Shown here one piece after another: positions 1-11,685 of a stretch of DNA of 20,000 bases. The stretch's first letter is position 1, and every line of letters starts with the position of its first letter. The notes under the pieces are model-generated. The model saw only the letters and a program-made list of their open reading frames with translations. It was not told the origin of the DNA and ran no database searches. The position numbers and the translations under genes are program-made. Origin of the DNA: Xylographa opegraphella (taxonomy: Eukaryota); assembly GCA_022813865.1 (NCBI GenBank), contig JALDZX010000058.1, positions 107,413 to 127,412 on the forward strand, read 5' to 3'.

Positions 1-33
1 GCATGGTTTAAGACTGTTCTAATCTCTGGGCAG

Positions 34-266
34 AGACGAAGGAGCTGAAGCGTCGTGTAAGGGACATCATCGAGCCGGGCAGGGATCTGGGGCATGTGGA
101 CGGGAAAAAGGTAAAGGGAGACTTGCTAGCAGTGGACCATACAGCAACGGAATCTAGTGTGGTGGGGCCCGGCATGAACCAGACCGCCCGAAGCAGCTCG
201 ATACCAGTTGAGTCCAGAAGGCATTCGGACCCAAGCGTCTGCGAAGATTGTACACAGGTGCTATAG
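34..266 (+). CDS. 3' terminal exon of a SelT/SelW/SelH (Rdx family) thioredoxin-like protein; gene starts upstream of the window
   Basis: CTAAT branch site and CAG acceptor ending at 33. The frame then reads (E)TKELKRRVRDIIEPGRDLGHVDGKK...SVCEDCTQVL* with TAG at 264-266. KELKRRVRDxIxPxRDLGHVD is recognised from memory as the C-terminal motif of Rdx/SelW-like proteins. Confidence 0.8.
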
Positions 267-727
267 TTTCACGAAATGCATCAAAGATGTAACAGAATCA
301 ACCAAAGCGGCAGCAAGTTTTGGACCTTAATGGTTGTATTTACTTCAAGATTAGACACTCCGTTCCCGTATTTTGAAGAAACCACCCTACTTGCAAATAT
401 TGCACAGAATCGAAAGAACAGGTCTGCCAACCCCGCAGAGCATCCGCCCAATGTGTTCAGAACGCATACACACATCAGTCCTGCCGAGCTCGCTACTTCA
501 ATCACAACAGCCGCAAGCCTAAAGAAATGCACAGTCCCTCAAAGAATCGTGACACGGAATAGCGAGTAACAAAGTCACAAGACAGCCCTAGTAGTCGTTC
601 CACTTCACTTCGCTAGGTACATGGATCCGGTGGTGCGATAGAGGGCTAGCTGAAGTATTGGTGTCGAGTATGAGTCCACAGAACGCCACGCTGATGAATT
701 GAGTTAAGGAGTCTCGAGCGTCCTGGG

Positions 728-1167
728 TTACATGACGATACAGCAGCCGTTGGCTTGCTGTGGTGCATAAGGGTCGTCACGTTTTTCAACCTGTTCGTAA
801 AAAAAAGATGATTTAGCGCTTTGCTGAACAATTACTTGTAGGGGTCAGAAGTTGGGCTGGACTTACTTGGCCCCATAGCGAGGGCACCATGAAATCCTTA
901 GTTGAGTTACAGTATGAAATTAAGCTACTGGCTATCAGCCTGAGGTACGAACCACGCTGGAGCCAGCTTCCCTTCACGTTGAAACTAGTACAGCGGAGAT
1001 AGTTATTCGACGTACCTCATCGACGCTTCCGACACTCTTATACGTGGCCGCTCCAGGTCCTCCTTCAAGCGCATATTCAGCTCATTCAGCCTACGCAGCT
1101 TCAATTCTGCCATCGATTGCTTCTTGTTTTTACCATCTCCACCAGGACGCATCTCAAATTGTGGCAT
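728..1167 (-). CDS. gpgA: Heterotrimeric G-protein gamma subunit (GpgA/Ste18-like), 90 aa, 3 exons: 1167-1016, 924-867, 790-728
   Basis: Spliced translation is [90 protein letters not shown]. Introns are GTACGT..TAG and GTAAGT..CAG. It ends in a CCaaX prenylation/palmitoylation motif. Not present in the ORF track. Confidence 0.95.
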
Positions 1168-1630
1168 ATTGGACTAGGTCTCGGACTAGCAACCAGGTTA
1201 GAATCAACATTGAAACGGCACAAGGACACTTGCGTGAACAAGGAGGTGAGGTTGATGGCCCACAGGTGAGGCTGAGTCCTCTCTCGATCGCGATGAGCAC
1301 GGCAGAAATAGAGGCAAGCTATACGTGATGGCTGACTGTAGAGATCTGCTTGAAGGCGATTCGACTTAATGGTAGAAACCGTGTGCGATTGATCTCACCT
1401 GCACTGGTGAAGTGCTTTCCCCAGAACACAGGCACCAACGCCTTCCCGCATTTACGCTAGTTATAATTAGCGGCCTCACTTTGATATTACCGCACAACCT
1501 AAAATCTCTACAGAGCACCTGGTGTCAAGAGTCTTGAGTTCTTCGATAGGACGTGATTGATATTTTGTGAGAACTCCAGAGAGCTGCTGAGCCATTTCTT
1601 CCTACAATCCGGTAGAAGAGATCGTCCAGC

Positions 1631-4600
1631 ATGCCTCCACCACCCCACACGAAGCCCGAGAATGTGCTCAAGGTGAGCTAACACGGTCGCCTCTCTGCTA
1701 CATCTACACGCGATGATGCTGCTACAATCGATACCAATAAGGGATGATGCTGATAATTCACTAAATAGCGAGCACAAGAACTTATCGCGGTTGGCCAGTC
1801 ACCGGCTGCGCTTACGATACTCCATGAACATATCACGTCCAAACGATCCCGGAACAGTCCGATTACCTCATTGGAGCCTGTGATGCTACTGTTTGTGGAG
1901 CTATGTGTAGATCTAAAAAAAGGCAAGCAAGCGAAAGACGGGCTTTATCAGTACAAGAATACTGCTCAGAACACCAATGTGGGCACGATTGAAGTAAGCG
2001 ATACCGCGTGGCAAGGAAACCAATAGTGCTAAGGAATAACTAGCTCGTGCTTCGACACTTCATCGAACTTGCTGGGCACAAGGTCACCGAAGCTCAAGCG
2101 AAAGCAGATGAGGTGCAGTCTACTCTCGAGCCTTATGCGTCTAGTGCTGCAGGTGTGGACGACCTTGAAGCGATTGAGACTCCTGAATCGATACTTCTCT
2201 CCACTGTCTCTGGAGAACAGTCGAGGGATCGGACCGACCGCGCTATCGTTACACCATGGCTGAAATTCCTTTGGGAAACATACCGAACTGTCTTGGAAAT
2301 TTTGAAAAACAATGCGCGGCTCGAAGTAATGTATCAAGCCACTGCACTCCAAGCGTTTGGTTTCTGTCAAACATATGCCCGAAAAACGGAGTTCCGAAGA
2401 CTATGCGAACTTCTCAGGAACCATGTCCAGAATGCAGCAAAATATCAGAGTCAGATGCACGCTATCAACCTCAGTGATGCTGATACTCTACAGCGCCATC
2501 TCGATACCCGTTTTCAGCAGCTGAATGTCGCTGTCGAGCTAGAACTATGGCAAGAGGCTTTTCGTAGTGTCGAGGATATCCATACTTTACTCAGCCTGTC
2601 CAAGCGGCCGGCAAAGAATATCATGATGGCCAACTACTATGAGAAGCTCACTCGTATTTTTCTTGTCAGCGAAAATTATTTGTTCCATGCAGCTGCCTGG
2701 AGTAGATATTATAATCTCCTTCGACAGTCCGCAACTGTGGTGGCTGCCGGACAGAGCTTGAAAAAGGACAATCCAGCAGTTACGGAAGCCGATATGAGCC
2801 GAGCAGCATCCTTCGTCTTGCTGTCCGCGCTCTCTATTCCCGTCATCAGCACATCTAGATCTCGTGGAGCTTTAATCGATGTCGACGAGGCCAGAAAGAA
2901 TAAGAACAGCCGGCTCACAAATCTGCTGGGGATGTCTCAGGCTCCAACTAGAGCTGTGCTCTTCAAGGACGCAATGAGCAAAGGACTCCTAAAACGTGCG
3001 AAGCCAGAAATCCGTGAATTGTACCAGATCCTCGAAGTCGACTTTCATCCTCTGTCTATATGCAAGAAGATTTCACCTATTCTCACACAGATTGGTTCGG
3101 ATTCTGAGATGGAGAAGTACATCATGCCACTGCAGCAGGTCATTCTTACTAGACTATTCCAGCAGCTCTCGCAGGTCTACGAATCGGTTGAGCTGAACTT
3201 TGTCTACGACCTCGCACAGTTTCCAGATCCTTTCCAAGTTACTTCGGGGACAATTGAGAAATTTATCATGAACGGATGCAAGAAAGGTGACCTTGCAATC
3301 AGAGTTGACCATGCAAGTGGTATACTTACTTTCGATTCCGATGTCTTCTCAGCTGCCAAGGCTCTGCATCCCAGTAGTGGCACCGGATCTGCTGAATCTG
3401 AGACTGCTTCCGTGCAGCGCCTGCAGAGTACTCCGGCGGAGATTGTTCGTTCTCAACTGACACGGCTGTCTAAAACTCTGTACATTACTTGCCAGTATGT
3501 CGACACAAGTTTCAATGTTGCTAGGCAGCAATCAAAAGCCGCAGCTTTCGCTCGAGCTGAGGCCGGAGCCGAACAAGAGCATCAAGAAACCCTTGCAAGA
3601 CGTGCTATCATTGAAAAGAAGAAAGAGCTTGCTTCCGATGCACTGCAGAAGAAACAAAAGGAAGAGGAGACACGAAAAAGACTTCACATTCAACAACTGC
3701 AGGAGCGAGAGGCTTCCAGACTTGCTGAAGAACAGAAAGCTCGAGAGCGAAAGCGTTTGGCGGATGAACAACGCAGGGTCAAGCAGGAGACAATTGCCAA
3801 GGAGGTTGAAGAACTCAAAAAGCATAAAAATATCGATCTGGAAGGACTGGACATCGATGATCTTGACAGTGACCGCCTTCGGATGATTCGAATTGAGCAA
3901 CTCGCTCGAGAAAAGAATGAGTTGAGCAACAACCTCAGAATAACTGGCAAGCGTATTGACCATTTAGAGCGAGCTTTTCGCAAGGAAGAGATCAAGCTGT
4001 TGCCGAAAGACTACGAAGCACAGCATGAGCTAGACTTTGCCAGCTTCGAGAAGAAAAAGGAGGAGACACTGAAAGAGGCCGAACGGAAACACAAAGACGA
4101 TGTTGGCCTGAAGAATCGGCTGAGTCGCCTCGTACCTGTATACGAGAGGTTTCGCAAAGACCTCCAAGAACGTCGACACGACGAATTCGAGAAGCGGAGA
4201 AGGCAAGCCGACAGGGAACTCGAGAATGCAATTCAGAAACGAAAGCGAGACGTTAGGGAGGCAAAAGCTCGAGAACAACGTGAGCGCGAAGAAGCCGAGC
4301 GACGTCAACGCGAGGAAGAGGAGAGGATGACAAGAGAAGCCGAAGAAAAGGCATCCGAAGAAGCCGAGAAGAGGCGTAAGCTTCAGGACCTTAAAGCACA
4401 GAAAGATGCTGAACGCAGGTAAGTAGTGTTGAACCTTCCTTAATCTGATCAATGGCTTACAGACAACTCAGGGAACTCGATCAACAAGCTTCGTTACAAC
4501 GGAAGCGCGAAGAAGAGGCAGAAGCAAAAATTGCAGCAAGGAAGGCTGGTGTCCCAGCTACCCGAATTCCAGACCGTACTGCGCCCACCCGCACGGACTC

Positions 4601-5171
4601 GACCGAGAGACCTTCCGGAGGTCCACCACGTCTTGCGCTTACTGGCAACAAACCAACATGGAGAGAGCGAGAAGCACAGCGACAAGCCGACATTACTGCA
4701 ATCGGCGCAGCACCTCTCTCAACATCCCCGGCTACCCCCTCTGCTGTTGCTACTTTTGATGCAGAATTGCCAAAGCAGACCGGGTATGTACCACCTGCCA
4801 AACGAGGTGATAGCGCCATATCTCGTGGTCGTACCGATACTCAGCTACCTAGCAACAGTCGCGACCAGAGTTTGGGAGGAGTTGATGCTGGTGCGAAATG
4901 GCGCCCAGCACCACGTGGTAACTCTGGTCGTGATGGTTCGCCGGCCGATGGACCTGCGCCTCGTTTCCTAACACCCGGTCGCCGCGGCCCCGATGGACCT
5001 GGTGCGCGAGATCAGTCGCCGGCCGAGCCTAAATACGTTCCGAAATTCCAGCGTGAAGGCGGTGCTGGCCGCAGCGAGACACCTCCCGCCAGAACCGACA
5101 GCCCAGCCAATGGCCAGACTGCGCCAGCCATCGGGAAATACGTTCCTCGCCATCTGAGAGACAAGCAGTAG
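1631..5171 (+). CDS. TIF32: Eukaryotic translation initiation factor 3 subunit A (eIF3a), ~1116 aa, 4 exons: 1631-1672, 1769-1993, 2044-4418, 4463-5171
   Basis: N-terminus [24 protein letters not shown]. Conserved [29 protein letters not shown] and [11 protein letters not shown] motifs, PCI domain region, long E/R/K coiled coil and P/G/R-rich tail with KYVP repeats. All three introns are GT..AG and keep the frame. Confidence 0.97.
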
Positions 5172-5531
5172 ACTGGACAGATCAGGCAGGATATCGATAG
5201 TGATCGAAGTGTGGCGTTATATTGCAGCTGTGGTCTTCTTCTTGATCTGTATTTTCTGGAAGGATACAAAGAACGGGTGGACTTCGCAGTGCTATTGATT
5301 TGGCTTTTGAAACGTGTAATTTGTATGTCCTTCCCTACAGGTGGCTCTAGGTAGCAGCAGCAATCAGATACGCAAGCTATCTATTGTCTCGTCATGATTA
5401 AGCACCAAATTTGTCTTCAAATCCACAATCTTTGGATAGCTACTTGGTACCATCGGCATGGTCACTGTCTAATGCCCAGTCATCCAACCGTTTCAGTGCG
5501 CCATTTATTAGAATACCACTGCGAGTAAACT

Positions 5532-6836
5532 TCATCCGGCGCCAACTTCCACACCTCCACTACTCTGCCTGGTCAACCTCTCCCTCCAGCCCGCACACAC
5601 CTCTTCAAACCCACCCACCACTTCCCCACATAATCTTGCCGCCTCTCTGTCCTTCAATCTTTCATCCCAACCACCTGTCTCTATCCACCGCATTCCCTGC
5701 TCCGCCTCCTCCACTTCCCGTCTCATGCTCTCCACTGCATCTCTAGTCGCTCGCAACCGCCGCGCTGCCAAGGTAGTTGTCTGCCGTGCCATATGTAGCG
5801 TGTCAGAAAGATAGGAGAGCGTCGACAGGAGGTCGGTAGTCGAGGCAGAAAGGCTGTGGAGTAACGGCAGTGCTGAAGTGGGCGCTTGGGGAAGTGAAAG
5901 GATCAGAGTGGGGAGGAGAGAGAGAAGAGCGTCGGTCAGCTCTACTGATGGAGGCGTTCCCACTGGCGAGAGTACCGGGTGCGTAAGAGCCTGCATGAGG
6001 CGTGTCTGGTCCATGATGTGGGTTGTCAATGCTGTATGCGCCGTTGAAAGGCTGAGAGATATTTATGTTAGTGGAGATATTCGACACCTAAGAAAAGGGG
6101 CAGCTTACCGAGTCGAGTGGCTTTCGACATCAGCCTGGGCAGTTAAGTCCTTCAGGGAGTCTGTGATTCTGACAAATACGCTGTTAGCTTCCATTCCCGT
6201 CAATACGGCGCCTTGCTTTGCCAGAGCGTGGATGACAGCCATTCGCGTCTCGAGAGACGCAGGTATCTCCAACTCCTCGATTTCAACATGCTCGCTGTTG
6301 TCCGGGCTGTTGTAAGCGGTCTCTTTCCGTTGAGGCTTAGGCTGCATGCCGTACTCTGGAGGCTCTCGAGTGTTAAGCCACTTCTCCTTTGACTTTGATG
6401 ATATTGCCACTCCGATAATGTCCTTTTCGTCTGGATCTAGGGACAGGAGCAATAGTGACTCTTCCGCCCCCCTAACGCACAACCCTTCATCTTCCGCTTT
6501 TATACTAGATACATCTTCCTCTTCCGCTTTTATACTAGATACATCTTCCTCTTCCTCTCCCTCATCGCCTTCGTCCCAAGCTTCTGCCAGCTCATCTGCC
6601 AGATTTCCGAGGCCGTTCTCGGCTTCGGCTGATCCCCCAAAACCTCTCGAGAAATTGAACCCCTCCATCCGATCATGAGATGAAGGTGGGCGGGGCGTGG
6701 TGGGGGTAGGTAGAGATTGTATAGAAGACTTCCGACTGTGTGAAAGTCTGGCCGGTGTAAATGTGATGCTTTGTGGGCTTGAGGACGTGAAGGAAAGGGC
6801 GGAAGACCGCCGCCTTCGATGGGGAGAGTAAGGCAT
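5532..6836 (-). CDS. Fungal hypothetical protein, ~415 aa, 2 exons: 6836-6109, 6051-5532
   Basis: Intron 6108-6052 (GTAAGC..CTAAC..CAG) joins the 243-aa and 165-aa ORFs in frame (...HSTR|LSTAHTALTTHIMDQTR...). S/P-rich and acidic N-terminal half, helical/coiled-coil C-terminal half ending ..GGFEEVCAGWRERL... Function not recognised. Confidence 0.85.
6491..6550. repeat. Perfect 30-bp tandem duplication within CDS (encodes EEDVSSIKAE x2)
   Basis: cttccgcttttatactagatacatcttcct occurs at 6491-6520 and 6521-6550. Confidence 0.95.
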
Positions 6837-7307
6837 GATGGGCGGATTTCTTGAGTTGTGGTGGTCCTTACTCCATGTGACCTGGGCTTTACAGCTTATC
6901 TCACAAATTTCGCTGCAGCAATGTAAACGTCGCAGATCAAAGACTTGGCTCTGTTTGTGGTGCTCTTTGTGTGGACACTGGCCACGGTCAGTGGCCTGGA
7001 AGTGAGAGAGTCTCAGAACGCTTCTAATACCTATAAGCTTTCATACAAAATTGCACGAGATGCTCTGCCGTGCTACATAATGTCGTTTCCATTTTTTGCG
7101 TGTAATTCAAAGTCTGTCTCTAGTATCGCCCATGTCTTCGCCGAAGAAACGTGACGCGCAAAGATCGGAACTTTGTTCCACGGCATGTCTTTATCAAGCG
7201 ACTTACTTCGTGTACCTATGTAGTTATATTCGCTTGTTCACGGGACTACAGTATACTAAAATTTCTGTTCATCTCAAGTCCGGGAATCTCAATCACAGTA
7301 CTGTATA

Positions 7308-8003
7308 ATGACAGCACTGCGTCAATGCCGCATGACCGACCTCCTGCGCATGAGCCTCTGCAACCTCGATCCCCTCACAGAAAACTACGATGTGCACTTC
7401 TACATCGAGTATATGGCACGATGGCCGTCACTGTTCACCATCGCGGAGAACTCAGATGGCCAAATTGTCGGCTACAGTGAGCTTCGCAGCTCCCGAGTCT
7501 CGTCGATGGTGCCTGGACTAATATTGGCGCACCGTAGTTATGGGCAAAGTCGAAGAAGACCCAGCATACTTCAGCTTCTCAGAACATTATCTCCCCTGGC
7601 ACGGCCATGTGACAGCGTTGACTGTTGCACCTCAGTACAGGCGGCTAGGGATTGCGAAGCTCCTGACAGAGGCATTCGAGCGAGCTTGTGACAATCAGAA
7701 TGCCTGGTTTGTGGACCTGTTTGTGCGGGCTAGTAACGACAGAGCTATTACGATGTATCGAAAGATGGGGTGAGTTCCATAGCTATGTATGCAAAGCCAC
7801 TGACAACTGAGGCCCAGGGTCCGAATAGCTATACTGTGTTTCGAAGAGTAGTTGACTACTATAGTGACAGTCCAACCAGCAAAAGTGCTGGTGAAGATGC
7901 GTTCGACATGAGGAAGCCAATGAGGCGAGATAAGCATCGGAAGCATATCAGGGGGAACGGAGAAGAGTTCAGGATCAATCCAGAAGACATATACCATGGC
8001 TGA
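7308..8003 (+). CDS. NAT3: N-terminal acetyltransferase B catalytic subunit (Nat3/NAA20), 191 aa, 3 exons: 7308-7476, 7538-7769, 7829-8003
   Basis: Motifs NLDPLTENY, GYIMGKVE, PWHGHVTALTVAPQYRRLGIA, FVDLFVRASNDRAITMYRKMGYTVFRRVVDYY and EDAFDMRKP. Two GTGAG..TAG introns keep the frame. Confidence 0.96.
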
Positions 8004-8280
8004 CCTTGCATCCTAACAATATGAGGCTGGAGGCGCGAATGATGCTCACTGGGAGGTAATGTATGTGATATGTAATACTACACGGTGTAGCTCAGACTGT
8101 CGTCTGAAAAATGTGTCATCGAGTTTTTATTTATAATCACAGAATGAGGATTTGCAGCAAAAGCAGGAAATCCATACATTCAAGCTTTGGCTCAACAGGA
8201 TCGCCAAAGCGCTCTCGCGCAGGATCCTTCTGCTCCAGATTGCTACATCCGAGCAATTACAAAATCCTTAGTATACTCAG

Positions 8281-10320
8281 TTACTTTCGTTTCGGACCGA
8301 TTTCCACTTTAATGAGTGAATCTTTACTCTCTTGCAGCATTACCCATACTTTTATACCTCGGGCACTATTCGTTACTGCATCTTCCTCTCGCCCATGTTG
8401 CTTGCCGGTCTTCACCTCAACCCGAGTTCCACGCTCCTTTGACGTAATCTTTACTTGCATTTGAGGCTTTGCAGCTGTACGGTACGTCATAGTTCCAGAT
8501 GCTGGTGGCATGATCGACCGGAACACGTCCCGCGAGCCGTCCCCTGAAAGATCTAGGGGCTCCAAATCCTCATCGTCCTCGTGACCGCACTGAGCGAGAG
8601 TGTGCGTTGCACGTCCTGAAGATTTAGCAGGACCAATAAATTGTAGCTTGGCAGATGGTGGATCCGGCTCTGTGTACTCCCGTTGCGTACAAGCTCTCTC
8701 TAATTGTTCCACGAGATGACTAGGCTCGTATCTCATGTCATTGTGTCCATAGTCAGCAAGAGGATGGTTCACACGTCCCCAAGTCGACATCTTCCTCGGC
8801 TGTCCCTCTGTGTATGACTGGCCATCATGCGAAGATTCTTTATCAACCATAGCCAGCTTCCACCATTTCCACCTCTTGTGAGATGACCCTCGACCTTGTG
8901 TTTGGTTGTAGGAACGCTGTGATCGAGGTCTTGGAGCAGTGGCCGCGTATTTCTGTAGACTATGTCTTCGAGCCCTGTCCTTGGGAACTGTGCTATGTGT
9001 TTTGCAAAAAGACTTGCTATGTTGTTCGTGCATTTCGCGGAGGAAAATTTCGTACCGATCATTGCTGCAGATATGTCTCTCCTTAGACGGAATCATCGGA
9101 CTCGAAACTGAGCGTCTGATGGCGGATCCCGGAACGTGGTCCTCATCGCCAAGGGGAAGAAGCCGTTCAGTAGTATAGGTGCAGGCTCGTGGCCGTGGAT
9201 GATGAGTTGGCGTCTCAAATTGGGACTCCACTCCTGGGTTACTAATGAAGTGCTTCTCAGTATCCGAGCCGTCTCCTGAGGGATAGATAGCATCAGTGGA
9301 ACTATACCTTCCATCGTATCTACGGAGATGGTACGACCGCGTCCCACTACCTATGGTATCAACCTCTGGAACACGAGATGTGAAAGAGTCTTGCGCTGTG
9401 TTGGCATGCTTCAGGCCAGGCCTGATGGGTGCTTGGATTTCCGTACTCTGCCTTGTGAACCGTGCGAAACTTTCTCGGTCCAGCTTGCCTGTTTGGGTTT
9501 CAAGTCTGTTGTCAAAGAACTCTGGAACCGAACTTCGAGGTGTCATGGTCTCTGCAGTATCGTCTCGCCCTTGTAATGCCCGGTCTATCATTTCCCCAAT
9601 TTGCTCTGCGATACTCATTTTTTGTGTGAACAGCTTCGCTGTGGGCGAGGGATGTTGGGTAGAGACCTTCCTAAGCATTGGTCTTTTATTTGGCCACATC
9701 CCATCCTGGTAACCATTGGCGGGTGTAGGCCTTGCAGTGGTAGGCTCAGGGCTTCCAGTATTATCTCCTATAGCCTTTCCTGAACGAGCAGCTACGTTCT
9801 GTTTGATTGTCTGCTTCCATGATGTTTCCCGTGAAAGTCTAGGCAATGGAGCTGCAGATTGAGATTGTAAAGCGGTTTTTTTCGGTCGTTCGATATCTGG
9901 AGGCGTTTTGCTTCCGTGCCCTAGAACTGCAGTATTTTTATGTCGAAGAGCGGAGGTACTAATGACGATGCTATGGTTGCGTACTACATCAGGCACGATT
10001 TCCTCTCCGTGCTGAGGTGAATCGTTCAAGATGTAGTCGGCAAGTTGCGCATGGGACTTCGGGGAATTTTGTCGGTCTGGGGAGCGTGAACCTAATACCG
10101 AATGTGATCTCCAATCAGGAATCAGCTTGCAAGGCGGCGTTGGTGTCACAGGCGTATGGGACCGAACAACATCCAGATTGTCCCTCGTGGCATTTTGCAA
10201 AGCTTGTATACGCGCAGCAACAGTGCCTTCTTCAACAATTGGACCAGTGGCTTCGCAATAAGGCGAATGATGTCTGACGACTGAATGGCCGAGAGATCTG
10301 GGAGTGCGCGGCTCTGTCAT
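8281..10320 (-). CDS. Hypothetical protein, ~679 aa, largely low-complexity/disordered; 5' end uncertain
   Basis: Uninterrupted 2-kb ORF with first ATG at 10320 (the track starts at GTG 10335). S/T/P/R-rich, with a WKWWKLAMVDK motif and a beta-strand-like C-terminus (GIKVWVMLQESKDSLIKVEIG). The frame stays open upstream to a possible CAG acceptor near 10380, so an upstream exon is possible. Confidence 0.75.
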   Translation of the reverse strand: MTEPRTPRSLGHSVVRHHSPYCEATGPIVEEGTVAARIQALQNATRDNLDVVRSHTPVTPTPPCKLIPDWRSHSVLGSRSPDRQNSPKSHAQLADYILNDSPQHGEEIVPDVVRNHSIVISTSALRHKNTAVLGHGSKTPPDIERPKKTALQSQSAAPLPRLSRETSWKQTIKQNVAARSGKAIGDNTGSPEPTTARPTPANGYQDGMWPNKRPMLRKVSTQHPSPTAKLFTQKMSIAEQIGEMIDRALQGRDDTAETMTPRSSVPEFFDNRLETQTGKLDRESFARFTRQSTEIQAPIRPGLKHANTAQDSFTSRVPEVDTIGSGTRSYHLRRYDGRYSSTDAIYPSGDGSDTEKHFISNPGVESQFETPTHHPRPRACTYTTERLLPLGDEDHVPGSAIRRSVSSPMIPSKERHICSNDRYEIFLREMHEQHSKSFCKTHSTVPKDRARRHSLQKYAATAPRPRSQRSYNQTQGRGSSHKRWKWWKLAMVDKESSHDGQSYTEGQPRKMSTWGRVNHPLADYGHNDMRYEPSHLVEQLERACTQREYTEPDPPSAKLQFIGPAKSSGRATHTLAQCGHEDDEDLEPLDLSGDGSRDVFRSIMPPASGTMTYRTAAKPQMQVKITSKERGTRVEVKTGKQHGREEDAVTNSARGIKVWVMLQESKDSLIKVEIGPKRK

Positions 10321-10735
10321 CGTAATTTTTTTCACGACAGAATATCTTTGGAGTGGTTCCAGTGCAGGACGATGACTGTACTGCAGAGCTCAATATGTGG
10401 GTAATGAATGTTCAAACAAACGATTCGGTGATTTACGCGTTTGTTGTAAACCTAAGGGGGTTCGTAATCGATCAGAAACATACACATCGTCTGACAAGAA
10501 GTGTGAGAGACTTAAATACTCGGGTAATCATAAGACACATGATTTGGTGGCACTGTTAACTAACATCAATACGAGTAGGCAAGTGAAAGAGGAAAACATA
10601 GGTACGTATCACATTGACTCCGCGATTGAACGATGATCACAAACGGAAGGTTCAAAATGATAGCAAGTGCGACCAGAAGGGCTGCATCACACGCTTTCCA
10701 TTGAGCAAAGCTAGCAATAATTTACAAAAATGCAG

Positions 10736-11685
10736 TCAGCGCAAGGATGCTTGCAAACTCTCCAGCACCTATGGACACAATCAGTAAATTTCAGCGCTCA
10801 ACCACCAAGCATACTAGTCTTACCTCAAGCTCGATTTTCGCTTCTGCAACGTCTTGCTCACTGCCGCTTCCACCTGCTATCTTCTGGGCCTCACTAATCT
10901 GAGAACGAACAGCCTGAAAAAAATCAAAATCTTTATAACTCATCTTGTACTGTTTCGGTTCTTGCATACCTCCGCGCTAAAATCTTCCAGAGGAAAGCCC
11001 TCCACGGCGTTGATGCTGAGTTGCGAGTTTGGCTGGACAATAGCAAATCCTCCGGACACTGGGATCGGTGGATATCAGCATTGCCTATTTGATTCCTGAT
11101 AATAGATTCCAATCGTTGCCCGAGCAGATTATCATTGGCAATGATAATGCCAGTTAAGCCAACTTACAAAAGAATTGTTTGCTTCCACCACTCTCTTCAA
11201 TGATCTCCACCAGACCGGGCTTTAATTGCTCAATTGATGGAACATGATTCGCAAGGACACCCATCTCCCCAGATTCCGCGGGGATATTGACTTGCACGCT
11301 GGGTGTACAGTTCGTCAGCTTGGCGCTTAGGAGGCACATACAGTAGCTGGCTATCTTAGCTCATGAACATACACATCAGTAGATTTGTAGATAGACTAAA
11401 CGATGATATCCGATCAGTAAGCCTAAGTATACATGACCAATTGATTTTTATGTAGGCATGACCAATTGATTTTTATGTAGGCATGACCAATTGATTTTTA
11501 TGTAGGGAAATAGTCACTGACAATAGATGAAAACGTCGAGGATGACTTACCTGATGGGGAAGTGCCAGTGTCAATTTGATCTTATCAGATACTGCTTCAG
11601 CATATCCTCGTCGCTGTAGCGACGTTCTGATTGCTGACTGATAAGTGCGAGAAGCCGTACGGACCATACGTAAGGCGTTCATCAT
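10736..11685 (-). CDS. ATP16: Mitochondrial F1 ATP synthase subunit delta, 166 aa, 6 exons: 11685-11551, 11395-11373, 11298-11168, 11058-10970, 10913-10824, 10768-10736
   Basis: Arg-rich presequence ending RRGYAEAV, then DKIKLTLALPHQ|SIYKSTDV|VQVNIPAESGEMGVLANHVPSIEQLKPGLVEI..FF|LSGGFAIVQPNSQLSINAVEGFPLEDFSAE|AVRSQISEAQK..AEAKIELE|VLESLQASLR*. Five GT..AG introns keep the frame. Confidence 0.97.
11432..11506. repeat. Three perfect copies of a 25-bp minisatellite in ATP16 intron 1
   Basis: catgaccaattgatttttatgtagg starts at 11432, 11457 and 11482. Confidence 0.97.

Noticed and set aside
34..266. Selenocysteine recoding or SECIS for the SelW-like gene
   Set aside because: No in-frame TGA in the visible exon, the redox motif is outside the window, and Dikarya are not known to use Sec.
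276..569. Overlapping short ORFs 276-569 (+) and 281-532 (-)
   Set aside because: No recognisable motifs. They lie between two convergent stop codons and are probably 3' UTR or intergenic.
2029..10277. Numerous short antisense or alternative-frame ORFs over TIF32, NAT3 and the hypothetical genes
   Set aside because: They are shadows of the real coding frames with no independent support.
11432..11506. CRISPR-like repeats
   Set aside because: The units are contiguous with no spacers and lie in a eukaryotic intron.
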